Made by a program: the position numbers and the translations under genes
Source of the DNA: Thermoplasmata archaeon
GTDB taxonomy: Archaea > Thermoplasmatota > Thermoplasmata > UBA10834
Direction: 5' to 3'
Assembly (NCBI GenBank): GCA_041554135.1
Contig: JBFFML010000005.1
Span: 28,195-92,194 of the forward strand
Length of the DNA stretch: 64,000 bases
The notes under the pieces: model-generated
The model's input: only the letters and a program-made list of their open reading frames with translations
What the model was told of the DNA's origin: nothing
Databases searched by the model: none
In this document: positions 9,182-18,789 of the stretch, piece by piece
How the letters are laid out: each line of letters starts with the position of its first letter
Numbering within the stretch: the first letter of the stretch is position 1

Positions 9182-9784
9182 CCCGCCAGACTGACGCCTT
9201 ACGGCGACGTCGAAGTCATCCGGCGAGTTCACGTTCAGAAAGCTGTCGAGGTTATCATCGACCTCCCTCAGCTCCTCCTCCTCTATCACAGCCAGGTCAA
9301 GGAGGTGATACGCGTCCTTTGGCTTCCCTCTGCCGCAGGCCAGAGTCTCTCTGAACGCCTCTAGGCACATGTCCCTTGCGTAGCATGCGTTTAGCGGTTC
9401 GAGGTACCCTCGCACCCTCGGCACCGCGCCATCCCTGCCATTTGCCCGCTCCAGTAACAGGCCGCACACTGTTCGTCTAAGCAAGGGCGTGTCACATGGG
9501 CTGACGAGCACCTGCTCTCCCCGAGAAGCCTCCAGCGCAGTTATGAGTCCTTGTAGTGGTCCTCGCCCCGAGAGTCTGTCTTCGACGATGCTGACTCCTT
9601 CGCCGAGTGCCCTCGAGTAAGTCTCCGCCATCCCAGGCGCGACTGCCACGAGCACCTCGTCAGCTACATCGCTCAGGGCTCTTGCCACATGCAGGGCCAT
9701 GGGCACGCCGTTCAGTGCAGCCAGACCTTTGTCCGACCCGAATCGTGCGCTGCTTCCACCTGCCAGCACGGCACCCGTGATCAT
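9176..9784 (-). CDS. mobA: Molybdenum cofactor guanylyltransferase (MobA-like)
   Basis: N-terminal GAVLAGGSSARFGSDKGL NTP-transferase motif; ~200 aa. Confidence 0.7.
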   Translation of the reverse strand: MITGAVLAGGSSARFGSDKGLAALNGVPMALHVARALSDVADEVLVAVAPGMAETYSRALGEGVSIVEDRLSGRGPLQGLITALEASRGEQVLVSPCDTPLLRRTVCGLLLERANGRDGAVPRVRGYLEPLNACYARDMCLEAFRETLACGRGKPKDAYHLLDLAVIEEEELREVDDNLDSFLNVNSPDDFDVAVRRQSGGL

Positions 9785-9911
9785 GATCGCTCGTAGGTAT
9801 TTTCTCGTTGCTCATCAATGTTTTCCAGGCGATGCTGACACCATTGGCTGGTCTCCATGGCCAAAAAGGTTATAACGACGGAGCATTCTGGAGCCAAAGC
9901 TGGAGCGAGTA

Positions 9912-10958
9912 ATGTCGAAGATGACGATGGCCCAGGGCGCCGGCGGAGAGCGGATGCAGGACTTCATCAAGAAGTTTGTCCTGAGTGAGTTCGAGCACGA
10001 GATCGGGGAGATACCTCTTTCGGCCCTGGACGACGCCGCAGTCGTTGACGGCATAGTTTTCACGACAGACACCTACACGGTGAAGCCGCTCTTCTTCCCT
10101 GGAGGCGACATAGGACTACTGGCCGTTGCCGGCACTGTCAATGACCTGTCCGTCATGGGCGCGTCCCCTATGGCACTCTCGTGCGCGATGATAATCGAAG
10201 AGGGATTCGAGGAGGAGAGCCTTCTCAGGATAATTAGGACCATGAGCGACGCGGCAAAGGGTGCTGACGTTAGCTTTGTCACGGGCGACACGAAGGTCGT
10301 CGAGAAAGGTGCTTGCGACGGGCTGTTCATCAACACGAGTGGAATAGGCAGGCGGTCTAGCCACTTGGACGGCAATTTGGACGCGGTTCGTTCGTCGCGG
10401 AGTTTCAAGTGGAACTGGCCAAATGATTCCGCGGTGGCTGATGGAGATGTGCTGATCACCTCCGGATCGATCGGCAACCATGGCGTCGCCTTGCTGTCGT
10501 TCAGAGAGGGCTATGGCTTCGAGACCTCTGTCCGAACGGACGCCGCCCCAATGAACCACCTGATCGAGGCAGCACTGAAGGTCGGGGGAGTTGTCGCCAT
10601 GAAGGACCCCACGAGGGGCGGCGTGGCTAACCTGCTGAACGAATGGGCTGAGAAGTCAGGCGTCGGCCTCGTCGTGAGGGAGGAGGACCTCCCTATCGAC
10701 ACGCCCGTTATGTCCGCGTGCGAGATGTTAGGGATCGACCCGTTGGAGGTGGGCAACGAAGGTAAGGTCATCCTGGCAGTTGTCCCGGAATTCGCAGATC
10801 AGGTTCTCGAAGCGATTCGATCTACACGGGAGGGCAACAACGCCAGAATCATTGGCGTGGCCTCAGGAGACATCGAAGGCGTCGTCCTGGAGACCCATAC
10901 CGGTGGGCGTCGGTTGATAGAACCGCCGATTGGCGATCCTGTGCCGAGGATCTGCTGA
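9912..10958 (+). CDS. hypE: Hydrogenase maturation carbamoyl dehydratase HypE
   Basis: AIR-synthase-like repeats and the diagnostic C-terminal PRIC motif. Confidence 0.9.
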   Translation: MSKMTMAQGAGGERMQDFIKKFVLSEFEHEIGEIPLSALDDAAVVDGIVFTTDTYTVKPLFFPGGDIGLLAVAGTVNDLSVMGASPMALSCAMIIEEGFEEESLLRIIRTMSDAAKGADVSFVTGDTKVVEKGACDGLFINTSGIGRRSSHLDGNLDAVRSSRSFKWNWPNDSAVADGDVLITSGSIGNHGVALLSFREGYGFETSVRTDAAPMNHLIEAALKVGGVVAMKDPTRGGVANLLNEWAEKSGVGLVVREEDLPIDTPVMSACEMLGIDPLEVGNEGKVILAVVPEFADQVLEAIRSTREGNNARIIGVASGDIEGVVLETHTGGRRLIEPPIGDPVPRIC

Positions 10959-10966
10959 ACCCACCT

Positions 10967-11458
10967 CTACGCGCCAGCTTCGCCTATCATTCTCAGAATG
11001 CAGTCCACGATTGTAGGCACGGCTGCTGCGACGGGAGCCGTGAGCTCCTCGCTCACGTTCACGACGTCATCCGCCTCGACAGCTACGAAGTGGATCGTAT
11101 CTGGCATTTGGCCGGGTACGACGCGTCTCCCCATTGCGAGCGCCGTGGCAATGTTGATGCCGTGAGGGGAGGAGCCGTGTATCGTCCGTTCGAAGTCTCC
11201 TTCCTCGAGAACATACAACTCACCCGGCAGTCCATTGCCTGTGACGATGGCATCGATGATCACGACGGTGTCGTATCCGAGCACCATATCGAGCAGCTCT
11301 AGCCCGCTGGCTGGCAGTTCCTCCACGTCGACACCTGGCAAGCACAGTCCCCTCATCTTCCTCGCCACGTGTATGCCGACACCGTCGTCCGACAGGATCG
11401 GGTTTCCGACGCCAACAATGAGCGTCCGTTTCGCCCCGGCCACTTCGTCTCCTGTCAT
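10967..11458 (-). CDS. [NiFe]-hydrogenase maturation endopeptidase (HycI/HybD type)
   Basis: LIVGVGNPILSDDGVG motif. ATG at 11458 is preferred over the TTG at 11476. Confidence 0.8.
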   Translation of the reverse strand: MTGDEVAGAKRTLIVGVGNPILSDDGVGIHVARKMRGLCLPGVDVEELPASGLELLDMVLGYDTVVIIDAIVTGNGLPGELYVLEEGDFERTIHGSSPHGINIATALAMGRRVVPGQMPDTIHFVAVEADDVVNVSEELTAPVAAAVPTIVDCILRMIGEAGA

Positions 11459-11489
11459 GTAGGACAACCTCTGCAACGCGGTGGAACAT

Positions 11490-11523
11490 TGAAAAACATT
11501 GGCGCGAGGGGCTTCGCCCCTCG
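11490..11523 (-). terminator. Hairpin plus U-tract immediately downstream of mvhA
   Basis: Minus strand reads CGAGGGG-CGAAG-CCCCTCG (11523-11505), followed by GTTTTTC (11497-11491). Confidence 0.3.
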
Positions 11524-11536
11524 TGCTCTCCTGTCT

Positions 11537-13051
11537 TCAGAAGTTTCTCAGCGTCTCCAGTCTCGAACCGTCCGCACGCCTTACGTTGACCTCCAACGCT
11601 GGAGAACCATTCAGGGCGTGCGTGCCGCAGGAGTTGCACGGGTCGTAGCACCGGAACGCCATTTCGACCTTGTTGAGAAGACCCGGAGAGACCTCCCAAT
11701 TCTTGATCAAGGCCTTCGCAGCCTGGACGACGCTCGTGTTTATGGCCGCGTAGTTGTTGGTCGTGGCCACGATCATGTTGATCTTCGTGCACAGCCCGTC
11801 CTTGTCGGAGGCGTAGTGATGTATGAGCGTACCTCTTGGCGCCTCGCAAATGCCAACACCCTCTGTGGGCTCGCCCACCTCTCCACGGATGTCATCGCTC
11901 GTGATGCTCTTGTCGCTCGCCAGTTCGAGCATCCTCTCGGTGGCGTACTGTAGCTCGATCACCCTTGCCCAGTGGAAAGCCAGGGTGTGATGTACAGGCC
12001 CTGTCACTCCGAGGTCCTTCACCGTCTTCGCCAGTACCTCGTATTCCGCCTGAGCGAGTGGGGTGGTGTATCCCTCACAGACGTTGATTCTACCCAGCGG
12101 CCCTACTCTGTAGATGCCGCTCGATGGGCCGTCGGTGAAGCCGTTCCATCCAACCTGCTTCAAGAAGGGCATCTTCATGTATGTCCATGGTTCGACATGC
12201 TCTGCGATAACATCGAGATACTCGTCCGGCTTGTACTTGACGACCTCCTTGCCCGTCTGGTCGACAACACGGATGTCCCCGTCATAGAAGTTCGATTTGT
12301 TGTCCTTGTCCACCATGCCCATGTAGTACGTCTCGAGGTAGTATGCGTCCTGGTTCAGCACAAGGGCCATGTAGTCCTGGTTCGCCAGCACCACGTCGTG
12401 CAGGAGCTTCACGGTGAACTTGGCGAACTCGACGCATGACTTCGCCATCTCCTCCATCTGAGCGCGCTCCTCCTCGCTGATCTGCTTGGATACGCCTCCA
12501 GGAAGGCCGAAACAAGGATGCGTCGCTCTTCCTCCGACGATCTCTTGCACCTTCTGGCCGAATGATCGGTGCTTGATCACCTCTGCTCCTATCTCCACGC
12601 CCACGGCGTCGACTACACCGAGGACATTCCTCTTGTTGGACGGTGCGGACGGGCCCAGCACAAAGTCAGGCGCTGCCAGCGCGTAGAAGTGCGCTATGTG
12701 GCTGTGGGTGTACTGCCCCATGTAGAACAGCTCCCTGAGCTTCTTCGCCGTCTCGGTCGGCTCAGCGTCGAACACCGCGTCGAGAGCCTTTGTTGACGCT
12801 ATGTGGTGCGCGGCCGGACACACTCCGCACAGTCTGTTGGTCAGCACCGGCAACTCCTGCACATGCCTTCCGATGCAGAAGCGTTCGAACCCCCTCAATT
12901 CCGGTACCTGGAGATATGCGTTTGCGACGTTGCCCTGGTCGTTCAGGAATATCTCTATCTTGCCGTGCCCCTCGAGCCTCGTGATCGGGTCGATGGTTAT
13001 CTTCGTCTCCGTCGTCTTCGTCGTCTCGTCGTTTATGATAGGTCCTGACAT
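11537..13051 (-). CDS. mvhA: F420-non-reducing [NiFe] hydrogenase large subunit MvhA
   Basis: RLEGHGKIEI, RLCGVCPAAHH (N-terminal Ni-Fe cysteines), DPCNSCGTH (C-terminal cysteines) and a cleavable tail. Confidence 0.9.
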   Translation of the reverse strand: MSGPIINDETTKTTETKITIDPITRLEGHGKIEIFLNDQGNVANAYLQVPELRGFERFCIGRHVQELPVLTNRLCGVCPAAHHIASTKALDAVFDAEPTETAKKLRELFYMGQYTHSHIAHFYALAAPDFVLGPSAPSNKRNVLGVVDAVGVEIGAEVIKHRSFGQKVQEIVGGRATHPCFGLPGGVSKQISEEERAQMEEMAKSCVEFAKFTVKLLHDVVLANQDYMALVLNQDAYYLETYYMGMVDKDNKSNFYDGDIRVVDQTGKEVVKYKPDEYLDVIAEHVEPWTYMKMPFLKQVGWNGFTDGPSSGIYRVGPLGRINVCEGYTTPLAQAEYEVLAKTVKDLGVTGPVHHTLAFHWARVIELQYATERMLELASDKSITSDDIRGEVGEPTEGVGICEAPRGTLIHHYASDKDGLCTKINMIVATTNNYAAINTSVVQAAKALIKNWEVSPGLLNKVEMAFRCYDPCNSCGTHALNGSPALEVNVRRADGSRLETLRNF

Positions 13052-13057
13052 CTTGGC

Positions 13058-14074
13058 TCACTCCTTCTTCTTGCGCTTCTCGGTCACCGTGCGTCTCAGC
13101 AGCGACTTCGGCAGCGTGAAGGCGTAGAAGGTCCCGAGCGGGTCCTTCACCTGCATCATCAATTCCATTATCTGCTCCTCACTTAACTTTGACTCCGAAT
13201 CCGTGATGTTCAGGAGCGAGGACAGGGCGCTCAGCATGCTCCCGCCGTGGTCCATGACGGCCTTGGTCGGGCCCATGCAGCCTCTGCACGGCATGTTCGC
13301 GTTAGGGCACATCGCGCCGCAGCCCGCCCTCGTCGCGGGCCCGATGCAGATGATCCCCTGGTCGAGCAGGCACTTCTTGGGGTCGGCCTTGATCTCATAC
13401 GACTGGTATATCTTGTCTATCCGCCGTCCCTTCTCCACGCGCTCGCGGGGACACTCGTCGCAGAGCGTCTTGTCGGACGCGATGACCGTGCCCTTGGGCG
13501 GCAGGTCGGCGCCCTCCGTGACGTGCTTGGCCACGGCGTCCACCGCCATGGCTATCAGGTTGACCGTCGGCGGGCAGCCAGGCATGAAGTAATCGACGTC
13601 CACGACCTCGTCCAGCGTCTTGACGCTGTCGTAGAACACCGGTAGCTCGAGCTCGCCCTCCGGCACCGTCGAGATCGGCTGCGGCGTGACGAAGTCGGGG
13701 TTGTCCGTGGAGGCGGTGTTCTTGTAGACGGTCTCGAAGACCTCCTTCCTGTTGGTCACGTTCGCCAGCCCAGGCGTCCCGCCGAAGCAGGCGCACGAGC
13801 CGAAGGCGATCATGATGACCGACTTCTCCCTCAGCACCTTCGCCACATGCTCGTTCTCGCTGTTCCTGATAGCGCCGTTGTAGAACGAGACGGTTATCGA
13901 CTTGTCCGGCATCGCCTCGATCTCATGGAGCTTGCCGTCGAAGCCTATGGGCCAGAACACGACCTCCGCTATGGCGTGCACGTCCAGTATCTTTGCGTCT
14001 ATGTCCAGCAGCGCGACGTCGCAGCCTCCGCAGCCCGCGCCCCAGTACTGTGCGATTTTGATCTTGTCTGCCAT
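13058..14074 (-). CDS. mvhG: F420-non-reducing hydrogenase small subunit MvhG
   Basis: Starts MADKIKIAQYWGAGCGGCDVA, preceded by GGAGGTGAG. No Tat signal. Distal FeS cysteines CPNANMPCRGC. The track ORF's N-terminal 133 aa are out-of-frame overlap with the upstream gene. Confidence 0.85.
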   Translation of the reverse strand: MADKIKIAQYWGAGCGGCDVALLDIDAKILDVHAIAEVVFWPIGFDGKLHEIEAMPDKSITVSFYNGAIRNSENEHVAKVLREKSVIMIAFGSCACFGGTPGLANVTNRKEVFETVYKNTASTDNPDFVTPQPISTVPEGELELPVFYDSVKTLDEVVDVDYFMPGCPPTVNLIAMAVDAVAKHVTEGADLPPKGTVIASDKTLCDECPRERVEKGRRIDKIYQSYEIKADPKKCLLDQGIICIGPATRAGCGAMCPNANMPCRGCMGPTKAVMDHGGSMLSALSSLLNITDSESKLSEEQIMELMMQVKDPLGTFYAFTLPKSLLRRTVTEKRKKKE

Positions 14075-14076
14075 GG

Positions 14077-14469
14077 TCAGCTCACCTCCTCTCCTGAAGA
14101 CTCGGCCCTCATCGGGACCGCCGAGTATTGCGGCGACAGGCCTTTCATGCCGACCTGCTCGATCATCCGCCACCGCTTCAGGGCTATTATGTGCCTCACT
14201 ATCTCCGGCTTCGGTATGCCCGTCAGGTCGTGGAGCTCGTGCACCGTCTTGGGCCCATCCTCCATCTGCAGTATGAGCGCGTTTCTCTCGAGCTCGACCG
14301 AGGCAGCCTTCTGCAGTATGAAGCTGTATCTCGCCTCCGTGATGACCTCTCCGAACACGTTCTCGCCCGTGGTGAGGGCGCCCTTCTTGCCGAGCAGCCA
14401 CCTCACCCTCTCGCCCTCGAGCGTCCTTAGGGCGGCCCTTATCTTGGCGTCCCTGGGAGACATGCTCAC
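14077..14469 (-). CDS. Small winged-helix-like protein coupled to mvhD/mvhG (uncharacterised)
   Basis: GPKTVHELHDLTGIPKPEIVRHIIALKRWRMIEQ resembles a wHTH. Homologous to the C-terminal half of 17965-18786. GTGA overlap with the mvhD stop (or ATG at 14463). Confidence 0.5.
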   Translation of the reverse strand: MSMSPRDAKIRAALRTLEGERVRWLLGKKGALTTGENVFGEVITEARYSFILQKAASVELERNALILQMEDGPKTVHELHDLTGIPKPEIVRHIIALKRWRMIEQVGMKGLSPQYSAVPMRAESSGEEVS

Positions 14470-14930
14470 TCACCCTCCCTCGCTATGGGCGACGGCCCCA
14501 GCTCCTCGATCGTGTCCGTGAACTCGACCATCGTCTTCTGGAACTTCTCCCCCTCGCCCGCGGATATCCACTCGAGCCTCAGCCTGCCAGGGTCGAACCC
14601 GAACTGCTGCAGCAGTATCTTCAGGAGGGCGATCCTCCTCCGCGTCCTGTAGTTGCCCCCTATGTAGTGGCAGTCCGCGGGATGGCATCCCGCCACGAGT
14701 ATGCCGTCGGCGCCCTTCTGGAAAGCCCTCAGGACGAACTCGGGGTCGACCCTCGCGGAGCACATCACCCGGATCACCCTGAAGTGCGGCGGCATCTGCA
14801 ACCGGCTGACGCCCGCGAGGTCCGCGCCTGCGTACGAGCACCAGTTGCAGCAGAACACGATTATCTTCGGCTCGAAGTCCCCGGCGTCAGTCTTCGCCTG
14901 CCCCTCCGCGTTGGGTGCCGCGCTGCTCAC
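14466..14930 (-). CDS. mvhD: MvhD ([2Fe-2S] hydrogenase-Hdr connector), copy 4
   Basis: [22 protein letters not shown] and GCHPADCHY motifs. GTG start in a GTGA overlap with the upstream stop. Confidence 0.9.
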   Translation of the reverse strand: MSSAAPNAEGQAKTDAGDFEPKIIVFCCNWCSYAGADLAGVSRLQMPPHFRVIRVMCSARVDPEFVLRAFQKGADGILVAGCHPADCHYIGGNYRTRRRIALLKILLQQFGFDPGRLRLEWISAGEGEKFQKTMVEFTDTIEELGPSPIAREGE

Positions 14931-17900
14931 TGCCTCACCTCCTGCTTCTCGGCGTCGTCCTCAAGCGCCGCGTCGATCATCGCGACTATCTGCTCGTCCC
15001 TGAAGCCCTTCTGCGTGAGCGCGCCGGACGGGCACGCCCCGACACACGCCCCGCAACCCTTGCACAGGCCCACGTTGACGTCGACGAGCTTCTTCGTCTC
15101 GTCCTTCTGGTCGACTATGATCTCGAGCGCCTTGTACTCGCATGTCGGCACGCATATGCCGCAGCCGTCGCAGAGCGTCTCGTCTAGGCTCGCGACGATG
15201 CCCTCCGCCTCGAGGGTCTTCTTCGAGAGGATGGTCATCGCCCGCGACACCGACGCCAGGCCCTGGCCGATGCACTCGTCCAGGAACTTCGGCCCGTGCG
15301 CCAGCCCGGCGAGGTATACGCCCTCCGTGGCGAAGTCCACCGGCCTCAGCTTCATGTGTGCCTCGAGGAAGAAGCCCTCCTTCGTCAGTGGCACCTTGAG
15401 CATGGGCGCGAGCGCGTCCGCGCCCTCGTACGGCCTCGTGCCGCTCGCGAGGACGAGGTAGTCGGGGGTGATCTCGATGTCCTTGCCCGTGTCCTCGTCC
15501 GTGACGGAGACCACGAGCCTGTCACCCTTCGCCTCGACCTTCGGCTTCACGTCGTCCTCGAACCTGACGAAGGTGACGCCCTTCTCGGCCGCGGTCTTGT
15601 AGTACTCCTCCCTGAAGCCGTAGGTCCTGATGTCCCTGTACAGGATGAAGACCTTCGCGTCCGGGTCCTTCTCCTTGATCTTTATCGCCGCCGTCATCGT
15701 ACCCGTGCAGCATACGCGGGAGCAGTTAGGATGCCCCTCCTCGCGCGAGCCGACGCACTGGATGAACACGTACGAATCGCCCTTGACCTCGCCTTTCTTG
15801 AGCTTCTCCTTGAACTCCAGCAAAGTCAGCACGTTCGGGTTCTCGCCGTAGAGATACTCTCCTTTCGGCTTGTACTCCTGGCCCCCTACCGCGACTATGA
15901 CCGTCCCGTGCTCGAACTTCTCGTCGTTCTCCAGCGTCGTGACGAAGTTGCCCACGTAACCCTCGATGTTCTTCACGCCCACGCCGGCGTGCACCGTGAT
16001 GTTCTCGTTCGACGCGACCTCCTTCGCCAACGATTCCGCGAACTCGAGCGGGTCCTCGCCGGACGGCAGGTAGTGCAGCCTCCTCAGGTTGCCTCCGAGC
16101 TCCTTCTCCTTCTCGACGAGGTGGACCTTGACGCCCTGCTTCGCCAGCTCGAGCGCGGCGACCATCCCGGTCGCCCCGCCGCCGACGACGAGCCCGGCCT
16201 GGTTCACGTCGATCATGAGGTTCTCCAGCGGCTCCAGCAACCTGGACTTCGCGACGGCCATGCGTACGAGGTCCTTCGCCTTCTTCGTCGCGGCGTCGGC
16301 CTCGTGCATGTGTATCCACGAGCACTGGTCGCGTATGTTCGCCATCTCGAACAGGTACGGGTTGAGCCCCGCCTCCTTGATAGTGTTCTGGAACAGCGGC
16401 TCGTGCGTCCTCGGCGTGCAGCTCGCGACGACCACGCGGTTCAGGTCGTGCTCCTTGATCATCTCCTTGATCTTCTCCTGCGTGTCCTGTGAGCAGGTGT
16501 AGAGGTTCTCCTCGGCGTAGACCACGTTCGGCAGCGTCCTCGCGTACTCGGCGACGGACGGCACCTTCACGACGCCGCCGATGTTGATGCCGCAGTGGCA
16601 CACGAACACGCCTATGCGCGGCTCCTGACCGGTGATGTCCATCTCGGCGGGGTACTCCTTCTTCGTCACGAGAGTGTCCCTCGCGGAAGCTATCTGCGTC
16701 GCCGCCTTCGCCGCGGCGCCGCTCGCCTCAGCCACAGTCATCGGTATGTCCTTGGGCGACGAGAACGCGCCGCTGACGAACACGCCAGGCCTCGAGGAGC
16801 TGACTGGGTTCAGCACGTCTGTCTTGCAGAAACCGTCCTTGTTCAGCTGGAACTTCATCACGCGGCTCAACGTCTCGGCGTCCTCCGGGGGCCTGAAACC
16901 CACGGCGAGGACGACCAGGCCGAACTCCTCCTCCTTGGGCTCGCCCTTCTCGACGTACTTCACCACGAGGTTCTTCGTCTCGGGGTCCTCGAACACGGAC
17001 GCGACCCTGGAACGGACGAACTCTATGCCGTACTCGTCCTGTGCCCTGTTGTAGTACTCGTCGAACTCCTTCCCGAACGCCCTCATGTCCATGAAGAATA
17101 TCTTGGGCTGTATGTCCCCGCCATGCTCCTTGGCGATGATCGCCTCCTTGATGGAGTACATGCAGCAGACGCCCGAGCAGTACTCGTTGCCCACCTGCTC
17201 GTCCCTCGAGCCCACGCACTGTATGAACGCTATCTTCGCGGGTATGTCGCCGTCCGACGGGCGCATGACGGTGCCGAAGTACGGCCCCGTCGCGCTCAGC
17301 ATCCTCTCGAACTCGATGCTCGTGACGACGTTCTTGTACACCCCGTATCCGTACTCCCCCTTCAGGCGAGCGTTGAACTCGTCGAAGCCGGGCGACAGGA
17401 TTATCGACCCGACCTTGATCTCGAGGACCTTCTCCTTCTGGTCGTAGTCCACCGCGTTCGCCTTGCACTCCTCCGAGCATATGCCGCAGCCTATGCACTT
17501 CTCCGGGTCTATGGAGTAGACGAGCGGCACGGCCTGCGGGTACCTGACGTATATCGCCTTCCTGACCTTGGTGCCCTCGTTGTACTCGTCGGTCACCTCG
17601 ATCGGGCACTTCTGTGCGCATGACCCGCAACCTGTGCACTTGGTCGGGTCCACCCTGAACGCCCTCTGCTTCACGGTCACTGTGAAGTTGCCCTCCTGCC
17701 CGTCGACTATCGCTATGTCCGCGTTGGTGATCAGGTCTATGTTGTGATGCCTGCCCGTGGCCACGAGCTTGGGCGCCATGATGCACATCGCACAATCGTT
17801 CGTCGGGAAGGTCTTGTCCAGCTGGGCCATCGTGCCGCCTATGCTGGGCTGCTTCTCCACCAGGTATACCTTGAATCCGGAATCGGCCAGGTCAAGGGCG

Positions 17901-17968
17901 GACTGGAGGCCCGATATGCCGCCACCCACGACCATGACCGCGCCGATCTTCTCGCCTGCCGCCATCAC
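14927..17968 (-). CDS. Double HdrA-like flavoprotein (1013 aa; two thioredoxin-reductase-like FAD modules in one chain)
   Basis: N-half: [28 protein letters not shown], inserted 2x CxxCxxCxxxC(P), CVGSRD. C-half: [13 protein letters not shown]-domain, VVGGGATGMVAALELA, CVGSRE, and a C-terminal 2x Cys4 ferredoxin. Confidence 0.85.
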   Translation of the reverse strand: MMAAGEKIGAVMVVGGGISGLQSALDLADSGFKVYLVEKQPSIGGTMAQLDKTFPTNDCAMCIMAPKLVATGRHHNIDLITNADIAIVDGQEGNFTVTVKQRAFRVDPTKCTGCGSCAQKCPIEVTDEYNEGTKVRKAIYVRYPQAVPLVYSIDPEKCIGCGICSEECKANAVDYDQKEKVLEIKVGSIILSPGFDEFNARLKGEYGYGVYKNVVTSIEFERMLSATGPYFGTVMRPSDGDIPAKIAFIQCVGSRDEQVGNEYCSGVCCMYSIKEAIIAKEHGGDIQPKIFFMDMRAFGKEFDEYYNRAQDEYGIEFVRSRVASVFEDPETKNLVVKYVEKGEPKEEEFGLVVLAVGFRPPEDAETLSRVMKFQLNKDGFCKTDVLNPVSSSRPGVFVSGAFSSPKDIPMTVAEASGAAAKAATQIASARDTLVTKKEYPAEMDITGQEPRIGVFVCHCGINIGGVVKVPSVAEYARTLPNVVYAEENLYTCSQDTQEKIKEMIKEHDLNRVVVASCTPRTHEPLFQNTIKEAGLNPYLFEMANIRDQCSWIHMHEADAATKKAKDLVRMAVAKSRLLEPLENLMIDVNQAGLVVGGGATGMVAALELAKQGVKVHLVEKEKELGGNLRRLHYLPSGEDPLEFAESLAKEVASNENITVHAGVGVKNIEGYVGNFVTTLENDEKFEHGTVIVAVGGQEYKPKGEYLYGENPNVLTLLEFKEKLKKGEVKGDSYVFIQCVGSREEGHPNCSRVCCTGTMTAAIKIKEKDPDAKVFILYRDIRTYGFREEYYKTAAEKGVTFVRFEDDVKPKVEAKGDRLVVSVTDEDTGKDIEITPDYLVLASGTRPYEGADALAPMLKVPLTKEGFFLEAHMKLRPVDFATEGVYLAGLAHGPKFLDECIGQGLASVSRAMTILSKKTLEAEGIVASLDETLCDGCGICVPTCEYKALEIIVDQKDETKKLVDVNVGLCKGCGACVGACPSGALTQKGFRDEQIVAMIDAALEDDAEKQEVRQ

Positions 17969-18786
17969 TGCTCACCTCCGATCTCGATCGTCCTGTAAAG
18001 GGGCGTGTACCCCTCCGGGTGCTCCATGGCTATCTTGCTGTTCTGCCTCAGGAGGACGATGTGCCTCAGGATCCTGTCCGTCGGCGTCTCCATGAGCATC
18101 CCGAGCTGCTTCACCGACATCGGCCTTATCCTGGCGAGCTCCAGGATCATGGCCCTCTCGAACTCCTCCTCCGTGGCCTCGTCGATGACGCCCTTGAGCT
18201 CCTCGGGGTCCAGCTTGTTGCCGTACGCGTTGCCCTTCTCGACGAGGTTCAGCTCCTTGCCGACGAGCGCCTTGAGCCTGAAGGACTGCGAGGCGTCCTC
18301 CGCGGACGCGAGCCTCGTCCTGACCATGTCGTCCTCGCGGGCCTTGCACGGCCCGAGCGCCTTGATCTGCTCGGTGAACTCCGTGACGACCTTGGAGAAC
18401 TTCTCACCCTCGGACGCGGAGACCCACTCCAGCCTCAGCCTCGCTGGGTCCACTCCCGCCTCCTCGAGGAGTTTCTTCATCAGGCCGACCCTCTTCTCGG
18501 TGTAGAAGTTGCCCGATATGTAGTGGCAGTCGCCTATGTGGCAGCCCCCGAGCAGCACGCCGTCGGCCCCGGCCTTGAACAGGTCGAGCACGAGGTGCGG
18601 GCTCACCCTGGTCGAGCACATCACCCTGACCGCGCGTATGTTCGTCGGGTACTGGTACCTGCTGACGCCGCACAGGTCCGCGCCTGCGTACGAGCACCAG
18701 TTGCAGAGGAAGCCGATTATCTTCGGCTCCCACGGGCCTTCGTGCTTCTTCTCGTGGTGTCCGCCATGGTGGTGCTTGTCCGTCAT
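17965..18786 (-). CDS. MvhD domain fused to a C-terminal winged-helix-like domain
   Basis: N-terminal [24 protein letters not shown] (MvhD). The C-terminal ~120 aa (..ILELARIRPMSVKQLGMLMETPTDRILRHIVLLRQ..) are homologous to 14077-14469. Confidence 0.75.
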   Translation of the reverse strand: MTDKHHHGGHHEKKHEGPWEPKIIGFLCNWCSYAGADLCGVSRYQYPTNIRAVRVMCSTRVSPHLVLDLFKAGADGVLLGGCHIGDCHYISGNFYTEKRVGLMKKLLEEAGVDPARLRLEWVSASEGEKFSKVVTEFTEQIKALGPCKAREDDMVRTRLASAEDASQSFRLKALVGKELNLVEKGNAYGNKLDPEELKGVIDEATEEEFERAMILELARIRPMSVKQLGMLMETPTDRILRHIVLLRQNSKIAMEHPEGYTPLYRTIEIGGEQ

Positions 18787-18789
18787 GGT

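Noticed and set aside
14075-14473. N-terminal 133-aa extension of the mvhG ORF. Analogous extensions occur on 27242-28579 (mvhD), 22610-24583 (MvhD-HdrCB fusion), 916-2412 (C11 peptidase), 51916-54816 (SBP) and 58608-59327
   Set aside because: The extensions overlap an upstream gene or a tRNA in another frame and are Arg/Gly/His-rich. Each is followed by an internal start with an RBS-like GGAGG or a coupling overlap, at exactly the point where homology begins.
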